A stretch of DNA of 64,000 nucleotides, taken from positions 21,328,001 to 21,392,000 of the forward strand of contig CM120645.1 of NCBI GenBank assembly GCA_051362555.1, read 5' to 3'. The position numbers and the translations under genes were made by a program. Below are positions 1-12,900 of this stretch, one piece after another (position 1 is the stretch's first letter; each line of letters begins with the position of its first letter). The stretch comes from Lingula anatina (Eukaryota; Animalia; Brachiopoda). Below the pieces are notes generated by a model. That model saw nothing but the letters and a program-made list of their open reading frames with translations. It did not search any database and had not been told where the DNA came from.

Positions 1-220
1 TTTTTTCGTAGAAACCTGTGCGCTTCACAGTAAAGGGGAAAAACTAAAAAGTATGAGTTTCAAGTTGAATTTCGAAATAAAATATGCATCGTTCTTTTTC
101 CCTTGAAACATCTGCAGCTTTCCCATTAATTATATCGAAAAGCGAGACACAGATATAAAACGATGATCACAAATTTCTTACCAGAATTATCAATGTTAGA
201 ACCACAAATGAAATCCTCAT
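1..220 (-). CDS. Possible 5' end of a downstream gene (signal-peptide-like first exon, runs off the window)
   Basis: Minus strand ATG at 220 gives MRISFVVLTLIIL followed by a GTAAG donor (exon 182-220); pyrimidine tract plus CACAG acceptor resumes at 15 (VSTKK...). Short and unverified. Confidence 0.3.
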
Positions 221-1962
221 TGCTTATTCCCGCTGTAGATGACGAAAATCGTTCCGTCATCAGCCACCTCGGTCTTAAACCACATAGTACCAGTTAACAT
301 ACATCTATTTAATTTCATCTTCGTTTTATGGGCCAAGCGACCTAGAACTGGTACCAGTCATGGGCGTGACCGGTCAACAAAGTCTGCTAAAATTTACCAA
401 TAATGTTACAGACTAGCGAAAAATACTAAGAAGCATTGTTTGAATGCGAACTGATAAGTGAGGAGATTTGTGGACTGGATTGTGAGATTGGCCGTTAAAT
501 TGCCAACACAAGAGACTCCTAAAAGATCGGCAGGATTGGACAGGCAAAAAGATCATTACACTTTTTCTACCTACACACTAACACGTTCCTTCATACTCTA
601 TCTGATGGCGTCGTCCCCACAATCGTTGACGCCAAGGTTTTTCAAAGTTCAACGAAGGGCGTTAGCAAGCGTCCGTGTCACGCACAGATAAACTTACAAG
701 TAAACCACTGCATATTGTTAAAAGGTTTAATCTGCTATTGTTTACATTAGCTACGAACACAATTGCCATTTAGACAGATATTTAAAACTGTCATCTTATT
801 TGACATTGCCATGCACATGGACTATGTAAGTGGGTTGAACCTTTGCAGAAGGAAAGGAAAAGTCTTTTTTCTATTGCCGTTTTGATATCCTAGTGCTTCT
901 TACAACTGTTCATGTGAGTAAATTTAAGTTTAAATACTCCCAGTGGAAGAAATAAAGTACAACGTATAATGCACAACTGCATACTTCACAATACATAAAT
1001 AATTGTATTAATAATTATATTAATAATTACAAAACTTGATTAAAAGTTTTAATAAATTATTCAGGGAAATAAACTAAAAGGTGGTTCAAATCAAAAACAT
1101 TCATATACCATGAAACGCTATACTAAATCACTATTCTGACAGAATTATAAATGTCACAATTATATGTATACATCCACAAAATAAGTGCCTTTCAACACAA
1201 TATACGTACAATAAAGATAATTATAATATTAGATATTAAGGCGGTATTAGTGATAACGAGTGGAAGAAATTTATACAATTATGTCACCTAAAGTTATCTA
1301 CAGCGAATAAACATAGTGAAATTTCATCGGCGCGCAAAATGCTTGTAATGCTGTCTATGCTGTAGGCAAGATATCATCTCATTTTGTAATAAAGCCTTTA
1401 AAGAAAGTATTCGTCTGATTTGTGACGGTTATAAGATATTAAATCGAAGCAATTATTTTTCCATAAACATAGTGGAATCTTATAGGCCAAATGCTTGTTA
1501 TATCGTTTCTTATACGTCCTTAGAAACCTATCCGCCGGCAGGGGTCCCTGCAGTTGGAAAAAAATTAAATTATATTCCCTAACAAACTACATAGACCCCT
1601 GCCGGAGGGTATTAAAAACTCTGAATCCGTCAGTGTGCAATGTGACTGTTTGGTGCACTGTATCAAGATCAAATATAGGTGATGTAAAGACTAATAGTCA
1701 AATCAGCATGTAAAAGAAGTTTTTACTCCTTTCGAGAAAGGGTCCTTCTCAAGGGTTTGTATACTATTTCATTCGGCTTTTAATAAATGAAAAAGAGTCA
1801 AAATGATCCTAACATACCGCAGTGTTCTTATTACCTAAATTTTACGCCATTATCCTTATCAGAAACATTTTCAATTTTAGGCACTGAAAATTGTCTTAGA
1901 AGATCTGTTGTTTTTCGTGATATATGCTCAAGTATAAGTTAGCTTTTCAACCAGCTGACGCC

Positions 1963-4900
1963 CTATTTTTCCTCTGCTGATCCAGATGGCAAAGCTATGA
2001 GAGCGACCCGCTGAGTCCAACCATCTCGCTCATTCCATTCCCTGATAACTCTTTGGGACATAACGTTATATCTCGCCGACGTCTCGACTGGTCTGTACAT
2101 TGCGCTGGCATCCCGCTGTCTGTATACGACATTGCCGTTCAGTTTGCTGCGTTTGATTCTCGAACCATCCGAGCCATCTTGATAATAACTGTATGAAACG
2201 CCACGACGGTCAAGGTCGTCGCGACGGTCAAGGTCGTAACCCTCCCATCCTCCGCCATCTTGATCGCTCCAGCGATACTTTTTAGAAACACTTCTAGTTG
2301 CGTCATTGCGGTCATCACGTGTGGTTACAGGGGCAGTGCCCTTGATGTCAATCACATTGTAGTCATATCCGGTGTGGAGCCCATGGGAAGACATTTTGGA
2401 ACCGACTGCCTCAGAAACGTTGCCGCCACGGCGCTCCTCACATGTAACGTCCGAGCTTACATCATGTTGAGTGGTTTCATCAATAAGTGGCTTTCTAGCA
2501 CGATCTTCTGTCATGGTGAATGCACTAGCGTTGTGGGCTGAACGGGCACAATAATTGCTGTTCTCGTGAAGACACATTTTGGCGCTAGTGACGTCACATG
2601 CATGACCACTGCAACCACGCTGGCAGCAACTAGAGGAGTTGTCAACAATACAACCATCGCTACAAGAGCAGGAAGCGACGCCGTTTCTACATTCTCTCCC
2701 ATGACAGTCTTTCTTCATTGCTGTGGTGACATGCATGTCATTGCAAACGTGGTTGCTATGGGATACAGGAACGAGGGCACGTGAATGGCTGACGTCGCGG
2801 TAATGGGAGTGAGACGTTGCCCTGGAGCTCTCACGTGAACAGCGATGGCGAAGACGGGGGCCGTGCTCACATGCCCCCTTGGCGCAAGCCCCGATTTTGC
2901 AATTCGCAACAGCAAAAGCTCCGCCAGCAAGAGCGCCTTTTGTCATTACACCACCGGGCAGTCCTCCAACACCGTAAGATCCGCCATTGTACGCAGGCGC
3001 GGTCCAGGACTGGTAGGCTGGGAGGGGTGCGTGGTGATGTCCTGCCATCGCCGCACTTGAACTCCAATCCCCGCTGTAGTCGGTCTCACTGTCCACCCAC
3101 TTCCGTTTCCGACGACGACGCCTACACAAGAAAAACCAGCAGCCACAGCAGCAGAGTGAAAGCAGGAGAGCAGACAAACCAGTTGCGATGGCAGTGATGG
3201 CGACTGTGCCATCGGAGCTTAAACTTCCGTCACTGTTCACTAAGCACATTTGACCACGTGATCCCACCGCTGTTCCGACACCAGGAGGAGTCGGTGTCGT
3301 TGCCGTTGCTGTAGTCACCAAGAGAGTTGTTGTGGTTGGTTTTGTTGTGGTTGTTGTAGAGGTCGAGGATGTTTTTGGGGACGTTGTTGTTGTTGTTGTT
3401 GTTGTTGTCCGAGGCGTGTTCCTACTGGTAGAGCTTGGGGACGTGCTTTTGATTGTTGTGGTATGTTTGGTCGTGGTTGGATGCTGGGATGTTGAAGGGC
3501 CTGACGTTGTTTTAGGAGCAGTTGTAGTCGATGGAACAGGAGCTGGTTGCTCTGTGGTTGTTTGTTGTTTCGGGGTCGTCATTTGTTCAGTGGTAATTTG
3601 TTGTTCAGTGGACGTATGTTGTTCTGTAGTCATTGCTTTCTCAGTAGTTGTTGGTTGTCCCATTGTTGTTTGTTGTTCAGTGGTCGTTTGTTGTCTCGTC
3701 GTTGTTTGTTGTTCTGTTGTCGTATGTTGTTCAGTGGTCGTTTGCTGTGCCACAGTCGTTCTTTGTTTCGTGGTTGGTTGTTGATAAGTGGTCGTTTGTC
3801 TTTCCGTAGTTATTGTTTGTTTGGTTGTTGTTGGCTGTCCCAGTGTTGTTTTTTGATCAGCAGTTGTTTGTAGATCCGTGGTTGTTTGCAGTTCCGTGGT
3901 AGTTTGTTGTTTTTTGGACGTTTGCTGCTCATTGGTTGTTGGTTGTTCTGTTGTCGTTGTTTCTTCCGTAGTTGTCTGTTTTATAGTCGTCGCTCTCCGT
4001 TCCGTGGTTGTTCTTTGTTCCGCAGTTGTTGGTTGTTCAGTGGTTGTTTGTTGTTCAATGGTCGTTTGTTGTTCCGTGGTCGTTTTTTGCTCAGATGTTG
4101 TTCGTAGATCAATTGTTGTTTGTTCTTGTACGGTTGTTTTTTCTTCCGTGGTTGTTGGTTGCTCTGTAGTTATTTCTTGTTCAATGGTTGTAGGTTGTTC
4201 GGTCGTCTTTCGTGCTTCTGTGGTCGTCTGTTGTTCCTCGGTTGTTGAGTGTTCTGCGGTTGTAGGGTAATCGGTAGTCGGTATTGCTGTCGTCATAAAT
4301 ACATTATCACAATCTTCATCATGAACTCCATCACCATCATCATCTGATGAAAGAAAATAAATATTAAAGTTTTTTGTTAAATATCTTATAGTCCTTTTCT
4401 CCGAAAGTACCGAGAAACTTAAGTGCAATGATGGTGCCGGGGGAACTCCTACCACCACTTTCTCCCCTCAAGAAGAACGGAACGAGACAAGATCAAACCA
4501 TTTTTCTCATCCCTTTACCTTGCATACACAGCATTATAATAAAACGGTCCCCGTCTTTTGTTTTACATTTACTGATCAAAACGAGATATTATTCAGTCTT
4601 GTGCCCCACCCCATACAAAAATCAAGTATCTTCTCGTGTAGAAAAGTAATAATTTATGCGGGTTTAATATAAAGAAAGCACTGAGAATAAATTTGAGGAA
4701 ATTAGACATGAAGGTATCTGATTATTATAAGCTTGGAACTAACCAATGCCGTTGCCACATATTTCCTCGTCGTGTTGTCCATCACAATCATTGTCTATGT
4801 CATCGTCAACCACCATGGTGGACGGCAGGCATGCACAGTCTTCTTCTATCAGTCCGTCGTAGTCATCGTCTGCAAATAAGGTTTGAAGCAATTTAAATGA

Positions 4901-7900
4901 TTTTCATATCAGTAGTACATAAGCTGTCCTACAAGTTGATGCAACAAAATACTTTCCCTTCTCAGTTCTTTCTTTCTTTCATTTTACATAAAAATAGATA
5001 TCATTCTTTTAGGATGTTTTGAATCTTTTCTTGCAATCCGCAAATAGATATTCCAATAAAAGCCTTACCAATATTATTGCTGCACATTTCCTCGTCTATT
5101 TGGCCATCACAGTCGTTATCAACACCGTCCCCGGGTACCATGAGAGTTCGCGTACAGACCTGGTAGGGGAGATGATAATATTAAACATAAGAAGGGGTAG
5201 AAAATATATTTGTTCGAAAAATTCGTTAATAAGACAAACAAAGCCTGTGAGGTCATAAACTGTGTGAAAAGCATTCCTTAACGCATCAAAAAAAATTATT
5301 ATCGGTACCGACTATATTTAAATGGAACTGGGAAACAATAAAATTGATTTTAATGAACATTTATGCCCACTTCATGCAGTCAAGAACATACCGCTTCTGT
5401 TGTTGGGGGTTCTCTAGTGGTCAACTCCGCTGTTGTAGCTTCTGCTGTGGTCGGAGGAATGAAAACACTTGAACAGTCCTCGTTTTCAGTACCATCGCCA
5501 TCATCATCTGTAATAAATGAAAATAAATAAAAAGTGGCAAAGACAGCCAGACAAATAAACAGAGAGACAGACGAGTACTGATAGACAGACAGAAAATAAC
5601 GTAAATGAATGACTGAATAGAGTTCTTTAAAAGGAAAATGATTGAAAGGGAGATAACGACATAATTGATATCGAACGCCGCCTAGTGTAATAGACGTTTC
5701 TCGAAGTTTTTATATTTGCCAGTGAAGTTCTCGTATAATTCGGTAGGTGTACTCATAACCGTTATATAATTAGCAACAATGTATTGGTATCATATAAAAA
5801 GCACATGATTCATTAAGCCTGTGGTGCGACATACTTGCAATGAACTCACCAATGCCGTTGCCACATATTTCCTCGTCGTGACGTCCATCGCAGTCATTGT
5901 CTACGTCATCATCAACCGCCATGGTGGTCGGCACGCATGCGCAGTCTTCCTCAATCAGACCATCGTAATCATCGTCTACAAAATGACTTTAATGTGCATC
6001 TAAACCCTACATGAAGGTGCGTGATAACGGTAGTTTATAATCATAATAGTTTTTGTTTGTCTGTAATTAGGCAATAACTACAACCCAAGTATACTTCTGA
6101 TTGGACTTATAATTAGTAACTACTGCTACAGCACATTTCATTCATTTCTTATATTGTTGTTAAATCATTTTCATTGTTTTTATTTGAATTAAGGGTCCAG
6201 GATACAAACTCTTTATTTACAAAAGCTTTACCAATATTATTGCTGCACATTTCCTCGTCTATCTGTCCATCACAGTCGTTGTCAACGCCGTCTCCGGGCA
6301 CCATCAATGTTCTCGTACACACCTGGCGGGGAAATAGCAAAGTTAATATGGAACTTTATATAGAGGGAAGAGAAACTCTTGGTTAAAAATCAAGTTAAAA
6401 AGACAAAATAAGAGATCTTTGAAGTTAATTACAGACTTGACATTTAATATGGAATATTTTTTTCCAAATCATTTTTCATCAGTTTTTTTCTATTTTGCTG
6501 ACTGATAAATGAAAATAAGGATTAAAATCGTGTTTTAATAACTTTTAATTATCTCTTTGATGTCATTGTGACATCAGTTCATTAATGGAATTCGCCAGAG
6601 AAGCAAACAAAAACACATTGCCTATTCTATGTCATACGACAACAATTAAAAGAGATATTTTGGATCACCATATTTTCCAAATTATTTTCTGTAAAAGAGA
6701 TACACGCCTCACAAAGAACCCCCATGTCAGTGTCTAGTCACAGTAACGGTCGCTGTTACGCTTGACCTCTTCTGTTTGCTACCAGCGCTCTCAAGTGGCA
6801 AGGCATTCCTTGGGTTAGGTTTTTAGAGTTCAATCTGGGATAACATTCCATGCATCGGTCAAAATCTGTCCAATTTGGTCCAGTTTTGTTGTAGGACATG
6901 TAGGCCATTGATTCGGCGAGTAATGGCCTACCCACATATGGTCTATGTGGTTCAAATATGGCGATTTTGATTACCAAGGTAGCTGCTCATTCCCTTGGTT
7001 TTGTAAGTAATCTGCTATTAAAAGTGCTATGTGTGTACGGGGAATTCCACCGTGCAACCTAAATTTTTTCCTAAGGTGCCGCCTATCAAATGATAGTCAA
7101 GTGGTTCTCAGATTATTCCTTTATTTGATCTGGTTCAGGTTTTCGTGGATGACCATCATTGGTGTTTTGGCACCAATGTGGTATCCATTCCAATTACTGA
7201 CGCTGTTAATGACCTTTGTCACTTTAGACGCGACACACGCTTAGTCGTTGGCCTCTTCTGGATGTCTGTAAACTCTGTTTTGACTGGTTGAGCGGTACTG
7301 GTGAAATCTGACCTCAATAAAGAAAGTCACGAAGTTTCAGTGATCAACTCAGAAACGATCAGGGTCCCCAATTCATTAGAGAAACATACAACGATGTTTT
7401 GCTGCTTACAGTGGGTTCCCCTGAGGTCGTCTGGTATTCTACCCAGCTAAAACCAGATTGGTGTTCGCTAAGGGCCTTGAAAAATGCGTTTTGGTCGCAA
7501 TTTACCCCTCAATCTGAACGGACTGGGTGGTTTTTGTTTAGTTGCAATAGCATATCCCGACAGACAGTGGGTCCTGTACCCTGGTGGTAAGATTTCAGTA
7601 CGTTGGTTGTGGCCTCTGTGTAGGTACATCAGTCTGGGCATTACTCTATAAAACTGTGCGGACCGTTTCGTTTGGCGCAATTATCTGTCTGGCAATGTCT
7701 GTCTTTTTCGCGCCATTCTGCCACAGATAAACAAATATGCAGAGCACTGCATAGCTCATTTTACACCTTGCAAAACCGACCACCTGCATGCAAAATTTCA
7801 AATTCTACTATGCAGTAGTTGCCGACCTATGGATACTTTTTTGACAGAACCATGCTTTGCCAAAGCCAAGATTTGACCTGCCGAAAGGAGCACTACCCAA

Positions 7901-9819
7901 TTAAATCCCTGCATATTACATAATGCAGCAGCGCAACTAACCTGGTATTCAGTTAATTGGAAGCGACACACCTGACTACACACTTCTCCATTCACATATC
8001 TTATATGAGATCGGAGTTTTTTGAAAAAAGAATGCATTTTTACCTAGGCATACCTTCGAAACTGAAATATTCCATATTAAATGTCAAGTCTGTATATATG
8101 CGATAGGAATTATTTTACCCGCAAAAAAAAAAAAAAAAAAAAAAAAAAAGAATTATAATGACCAATATTAGAAGGTATAAAATCAGAGCGGGGCAATAAC
8201 AAAATTGACTTAAAAAACATTTCTGTCCTATTCAGGCTGGCAGAACATCATTACCGCTTCTGTTGTTGGAGGTTCTCTTGTGGTCAACTCCGCTGTGGTA
8301 GCTTCTTCTGTGGTCGGAGGAATGTAAATACTTGAACAGTCCTCGTCTTGAGTACCATCGCCATCATCATCTGTAAGAAATAAAATGAAGATAGATAAAC
8401 AGCCACGCAGTCAGACAGACAAACAGACAGAGAGACGTGTTCTGACGGAGAGATAAGCAGTCACACATACAGACAAACAGACAGACAGACAGACAGAGAC
8501 TTGTACTGACAGAGAGATTGAAAACGACGTAAATGAATTACAAAATAAGTTATTTTAAAGGAAAGTGAAAGAAAAGAGAGATAAAGATATAACTGATTCA
8601 ACGACGCCTCAAGTAACAGACGTTTCTCGAAGTTTTTTTTTATTTGCCCACGATGCTCTAGTATAATTTGGTAGAAGTAGGCCTACATGTACTCATAACC
8701 GGTACATAATTTGCAACAAGGTACTAGTATCATGAAAAGCACACAATTCAGTGAGCCTGTGGTAGACTCACTTGATGTGATGAACTCACCAATGCCGTTG
8801 CCACATATTTCCTCGTCGTGACGTCCATCACAGTCATTGTCTACGTCATCATCAACTGCCATGGTGGTCGGCACGCATGCGCAGTCTTCCTCAATCAGAC
8901 CATCGTAATCATCGTCTGCAAAATGACTTAAATGTACATCTAAACTCTACATCAACGTACGGGATAACACTGATTTAATCAAAATAATTTTATTAAAGTG
9001 TGTCTGTAATAAGGCAACCAGTATAATTCAACTTTACATTTGATTGGTCTTTCTAACGACTGCTGGAGCACAATGAATTTTATTTTGTTATACTTTTTTA
9101 ACCCATTTTCTTCTTTTTCATATTAAGTGAACTATTGATGAAGACTTCAAGTATTTTAAAAAGCTTTACCAATATTATTACTGCACATTTCCTCGTCTAT
9201 CTGTCCATCACAGTCGTTGTCAATGCCGTCTCCGGGTACCATCAGTGTTCTCGTACACACCTGGCGGGGAAAAAGCAAGGTTAAAATACAACTGTATGTA
9301 GAGGGAAAAAATATCTTGGTGAAAAAATTAAGAAAAAAAAAAACAAAAGAATAGATCTTTGAAGTTAATAATATTTGCCATGAGCACTATTTTACCCGGT
9401 AAAATGTTATGTTGGTCAATAGTAAAGGTACAAAAAGAGAACGGGGCAGTACCAAAGATGACATTAAATAATCATTTCTGTCCAATTTGTGCTGGCAAAA
9501 CATCATTACCGCTTCTGTTGTTGGGGGTTCTCTGGTAGTCAACTCCACGGTTGCAACTTCGTCTGTGGTCGGAGGAATGAAAATACTTGAACAGTCCTCG
9601 TCTTGAGTACCATCGCCATCATCATCTGTAATTAACAAACATTTTAATGGATAAACAGACGGACAGACAGGCAAACAGACAGACAGATAGATTCAATTCA
9701 ATTTATTAAACCTTTAAGCCCTACGGCTCATCAGAATATAAAACAGTGACAATATATAAAGTTATATCTAATCAACTACCATGACTACAACAACTACTAC
9801 TGATACAAACAACAACAAC

Positions 9820-9867
<48 letters not shown>

Positions 9868-9910
9868 TCATCAAATTGACATTAATCTTGGTTCCGATGC
9901 ACATTTCAGG

Positions 9911-9946
<36 letters not shown>

Positions 9947-12900
9947 AAGATACATGTAGACAGATATATGCATGTAGGTAGTTAGATACACTGTACAAAG
10001 ATAAAAAAACAACTCTAATAAATAACTTAACACAGTAGATAAAAGACATAAAAAAGAAAGTGAAAATTTGAACGAAATCGAAAAGAGCTTTCCGTATTAG
10101 ACGTTTCTCAATGTTTGCATATTTGCTAAGGGGGGTTTTATTTGGCCTATTTTCTCACTCACGATATATGAAACACAAAAAAAGTATAGGTACAAGATAA
10201 AAAGCACAGGACATAAGTCAGTAACAAAGACACTGGTTTCTCGTGATTTACCCACCAAGGCCGTTGCCACATATTTCCTCGTCGTTACGTCCATCGCAGT
10301 CATTGTCTTCGTCATCATCAACTGCCATAGTGGTCGGCACGCATGCGCAGTCTTCCTCTATCAGACCATCGTAATCGTCGTCTGCAAAATAAATTGAACC
10401 TACACCTTAACCGTAAATGGACGTACGTAATGCCACTACTGTGATTATAATACTTGGATTATAACTGTTGTGAGAAATGCACAACACGTATTGTTTCACT
10501 CTTTTACTTGAAACATTTTCAGTTTTTGTTTTGAAAAAAGGATCCGCATTTAAGACTACAAGTAGGCCCTATCTGAATTAAAGTGCTACAGCTACCCATC
10601 ACCAAAAAATAAAATATTTTAAAATTTATGATAAAATACCTATATTGTTGCTACACAATTCCTCGTCTACCTGTCCGTCACAGTCATTGTCGATTCTGTC
10701 TCCCGGTACCATTATTGTTCTTGAGCAAGTCTGAAAATGCAAGCAAAATCAATACTAGTAATTGTATGATGGGATTTTTCGTGAATATCTTTTTATTTAC
10801 ATAGTAAAACATACAATGGTTTACTAGGCTAAAGGCAAAGTGCAGAGGTACCATTACGGAAAGTGTTTGCCACAACATTTTACATAAAAAATGGAAAGAC
10901 GTAAAAGGTACGAAGGGTAAAGATAAAGGGTAATAGACATAAAATTGCAAAGAGTCACTAAGATATTTTTCAAATTAAAAAAAAATCATCACCTCATCAG
11001 AGCTTTCTGTGGTCGAAATATCACCACGGATTAAGGTTGTATCCGCCATAGTGGAATATTCCGTGGTTGCAGATGAAGCACTTTGATTGTCCGACTGTGT
11101 AGTGAAAGAATCGTCCTGAGACCCAGAATGTGTTGTAGACTGGAAAATGTGGTTTGATGTCTCCGTTGACAAAGCAGTATCGAAATATTGCGATTGTGTT
11201 CCAGAAGTGAAGTCTGCTGTGGTAGTAACAACTGTTTCAGAACAATCTTCATCTATACGACCGTCTTCATCATCATTAATTTGATTGCCGCAAGTTTCTT
11301 CATCTGTCCGTCCGTCACAGTCGTTGTCCACACCATCTCCTGGGGTCATTGTGATGTTAGGGCAAGAACAATCTTCATCGATACGACCATCTCCATCATC
11401 ATCAATTTCATTGCCGTAGATCTCTTCATCTGTCTGTCCGTCACAATCGTTGTCCACACCGTCCCCGGGCGCCATTGTGATGTTAGGGCAAGAACAATCT
11501 TCATCTATGCGACCATCTCCATCATCATCAATTTGATTGCCATAGATCTCTTCATCTGTCTGTCCGTCACAATCGTTGTCCACGCCGTCCCCTGGCGCCA
11601 TTGTGATGTTAGGACAAGAACAATCTTCATCGATACGACCGTCTCCATCATCATCAATTAGATTGCCGTAGATCTCTTCATCTGTCCGTCCGTCACAGTC
11701 GTTGTCCACACCATCTCCTGGAGTCATTGTGATGTTAGGACAAGAACAATCTTCATCTATACGACCATCTCCATCATCATCAATTTGATTGCCGTAGATC
11801 TCTTCATCTGTCTGTCCGTCACAGTCGTTGTCCACACCATCTCCTGGGGTCATTGTGATGTTAGGACAAGAACAATCTTCATCTATACGACCGTCTCCAT
11901 CATCATCAATTTGATTGCCGTAGATCTCTTCATCTGTCCGTCCGTCACAGTCGTTGTCCACACCATCTCCTGGAGTCATTGTGATGTTAGGACAAGAACA
12001 ATCTTCATCTATACGACCGTCTCCATCATCATCAATTTGATTGCCGTAGATCTCTTCATCTGTCTGTCCGTCACAGTCGTTGTCCACGCCGTCCCCAGGC
12101 ACCATTGTGATGTTAGGACAAGAACAATCTTCATCTATACGACCGTCTCCATCATCATCAATTTGATTGCCGTAGATCTCTTCATCTGTCCGTCCGTCAC
12201 AGTCGTTGTCCACACCATCTCCTGGGGTCATTGTGATGTTAGGACAAGAACAATCTTCATCTATACGACCATCTCCATCATCATCAATTTGATTGCCGTA
12301 GATCTCTTCATCTGTCTGTCCGTCACAGTCGTTGTCCACACCATCTCCTGGAGTCATTGTGATATTAGGACAAGAACAATCTTCATCTATACGACCGTCT
12401 CCATCATCATCAATTTGATTGCCGTAGATCTCTTCATCTGTCCGTCCGTCACAGTCGTTGTCCACACCATCTCCTGGAGTCATTGTGATGTTAGGGCAAA
12501 AGCAATCTTCGTCTATACGACCGTCTCCATCATCATCAATTTGATTGCCTAGGATCTCTTCATCTGTCTGTCCGTCACAATCGTTGTCCACACCGTCCCC
12601 GGGCGCCATTGTGATGTTAGGGCAAGAACAATCTTCATCTATGCGACCATCTCCATCATCATCAATTTGATTGCCATAGATCTCTTCATCTGTCTGTCCG
12701 TCACAATCGTTGTCCACGCCGTCCCCTGGCGCCATTGTGATGTTAGGACAAGAACAATCTTCATCGATACGACCGTCTCCATCATCATCAATTAGATTGC
12801 CGTAGATCTCTTCATCTGTCCGTCCGTCACAGTCGTTGTCCACACCATCTCCTGGAGTCATTGTGATGTTAGGACAAGAACAATCTTCATCGATACGACC

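Larger units (their letters stand above)
4744..10730 (-). repeat. Tandemly duplicated three-exon cassette (91+126+116 nt) x3 plus a 91+126 partial
   Basis: Identical exon sizes and phases, near-identical peptides (VCTRTLMVPGDG.DNDCDGQ.DEEMCSNNI / DDDYDGLIEEDCACVPTTMAV... / DDDGDGTQDEDCSS..IPPTT...EPPTTEA) and recognisably homologous introns. Confidence 0.9.

Noticed and set aside
1525-1612. Small hairpin (CCGGCAGGGGTC...GACCCCTGCCGG) as ncRNA or terminator
   Set aside because: 12-bp stem only; more likely a tiny MITE relic in the 3' region; no RNA-family features.
3332-4270. Plus-strand Val/Cys-rich ORFs (VVVCCS)n
   Set aside because: Antisense shadows of the Thr/Gln-rich stalk; the minus frame is continuous with splice sites, TM and tail.
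6756-8037. Intact transposase gene
   Set aside because: Only short, frameshifted, stop-interrupted relics; element is non-autonomous.
11188-12552. Plus-strand hydrophobic repeat ORFs (157 and 255 aa)
   Set aside because: Antisense of the 126-bp coding repeat.
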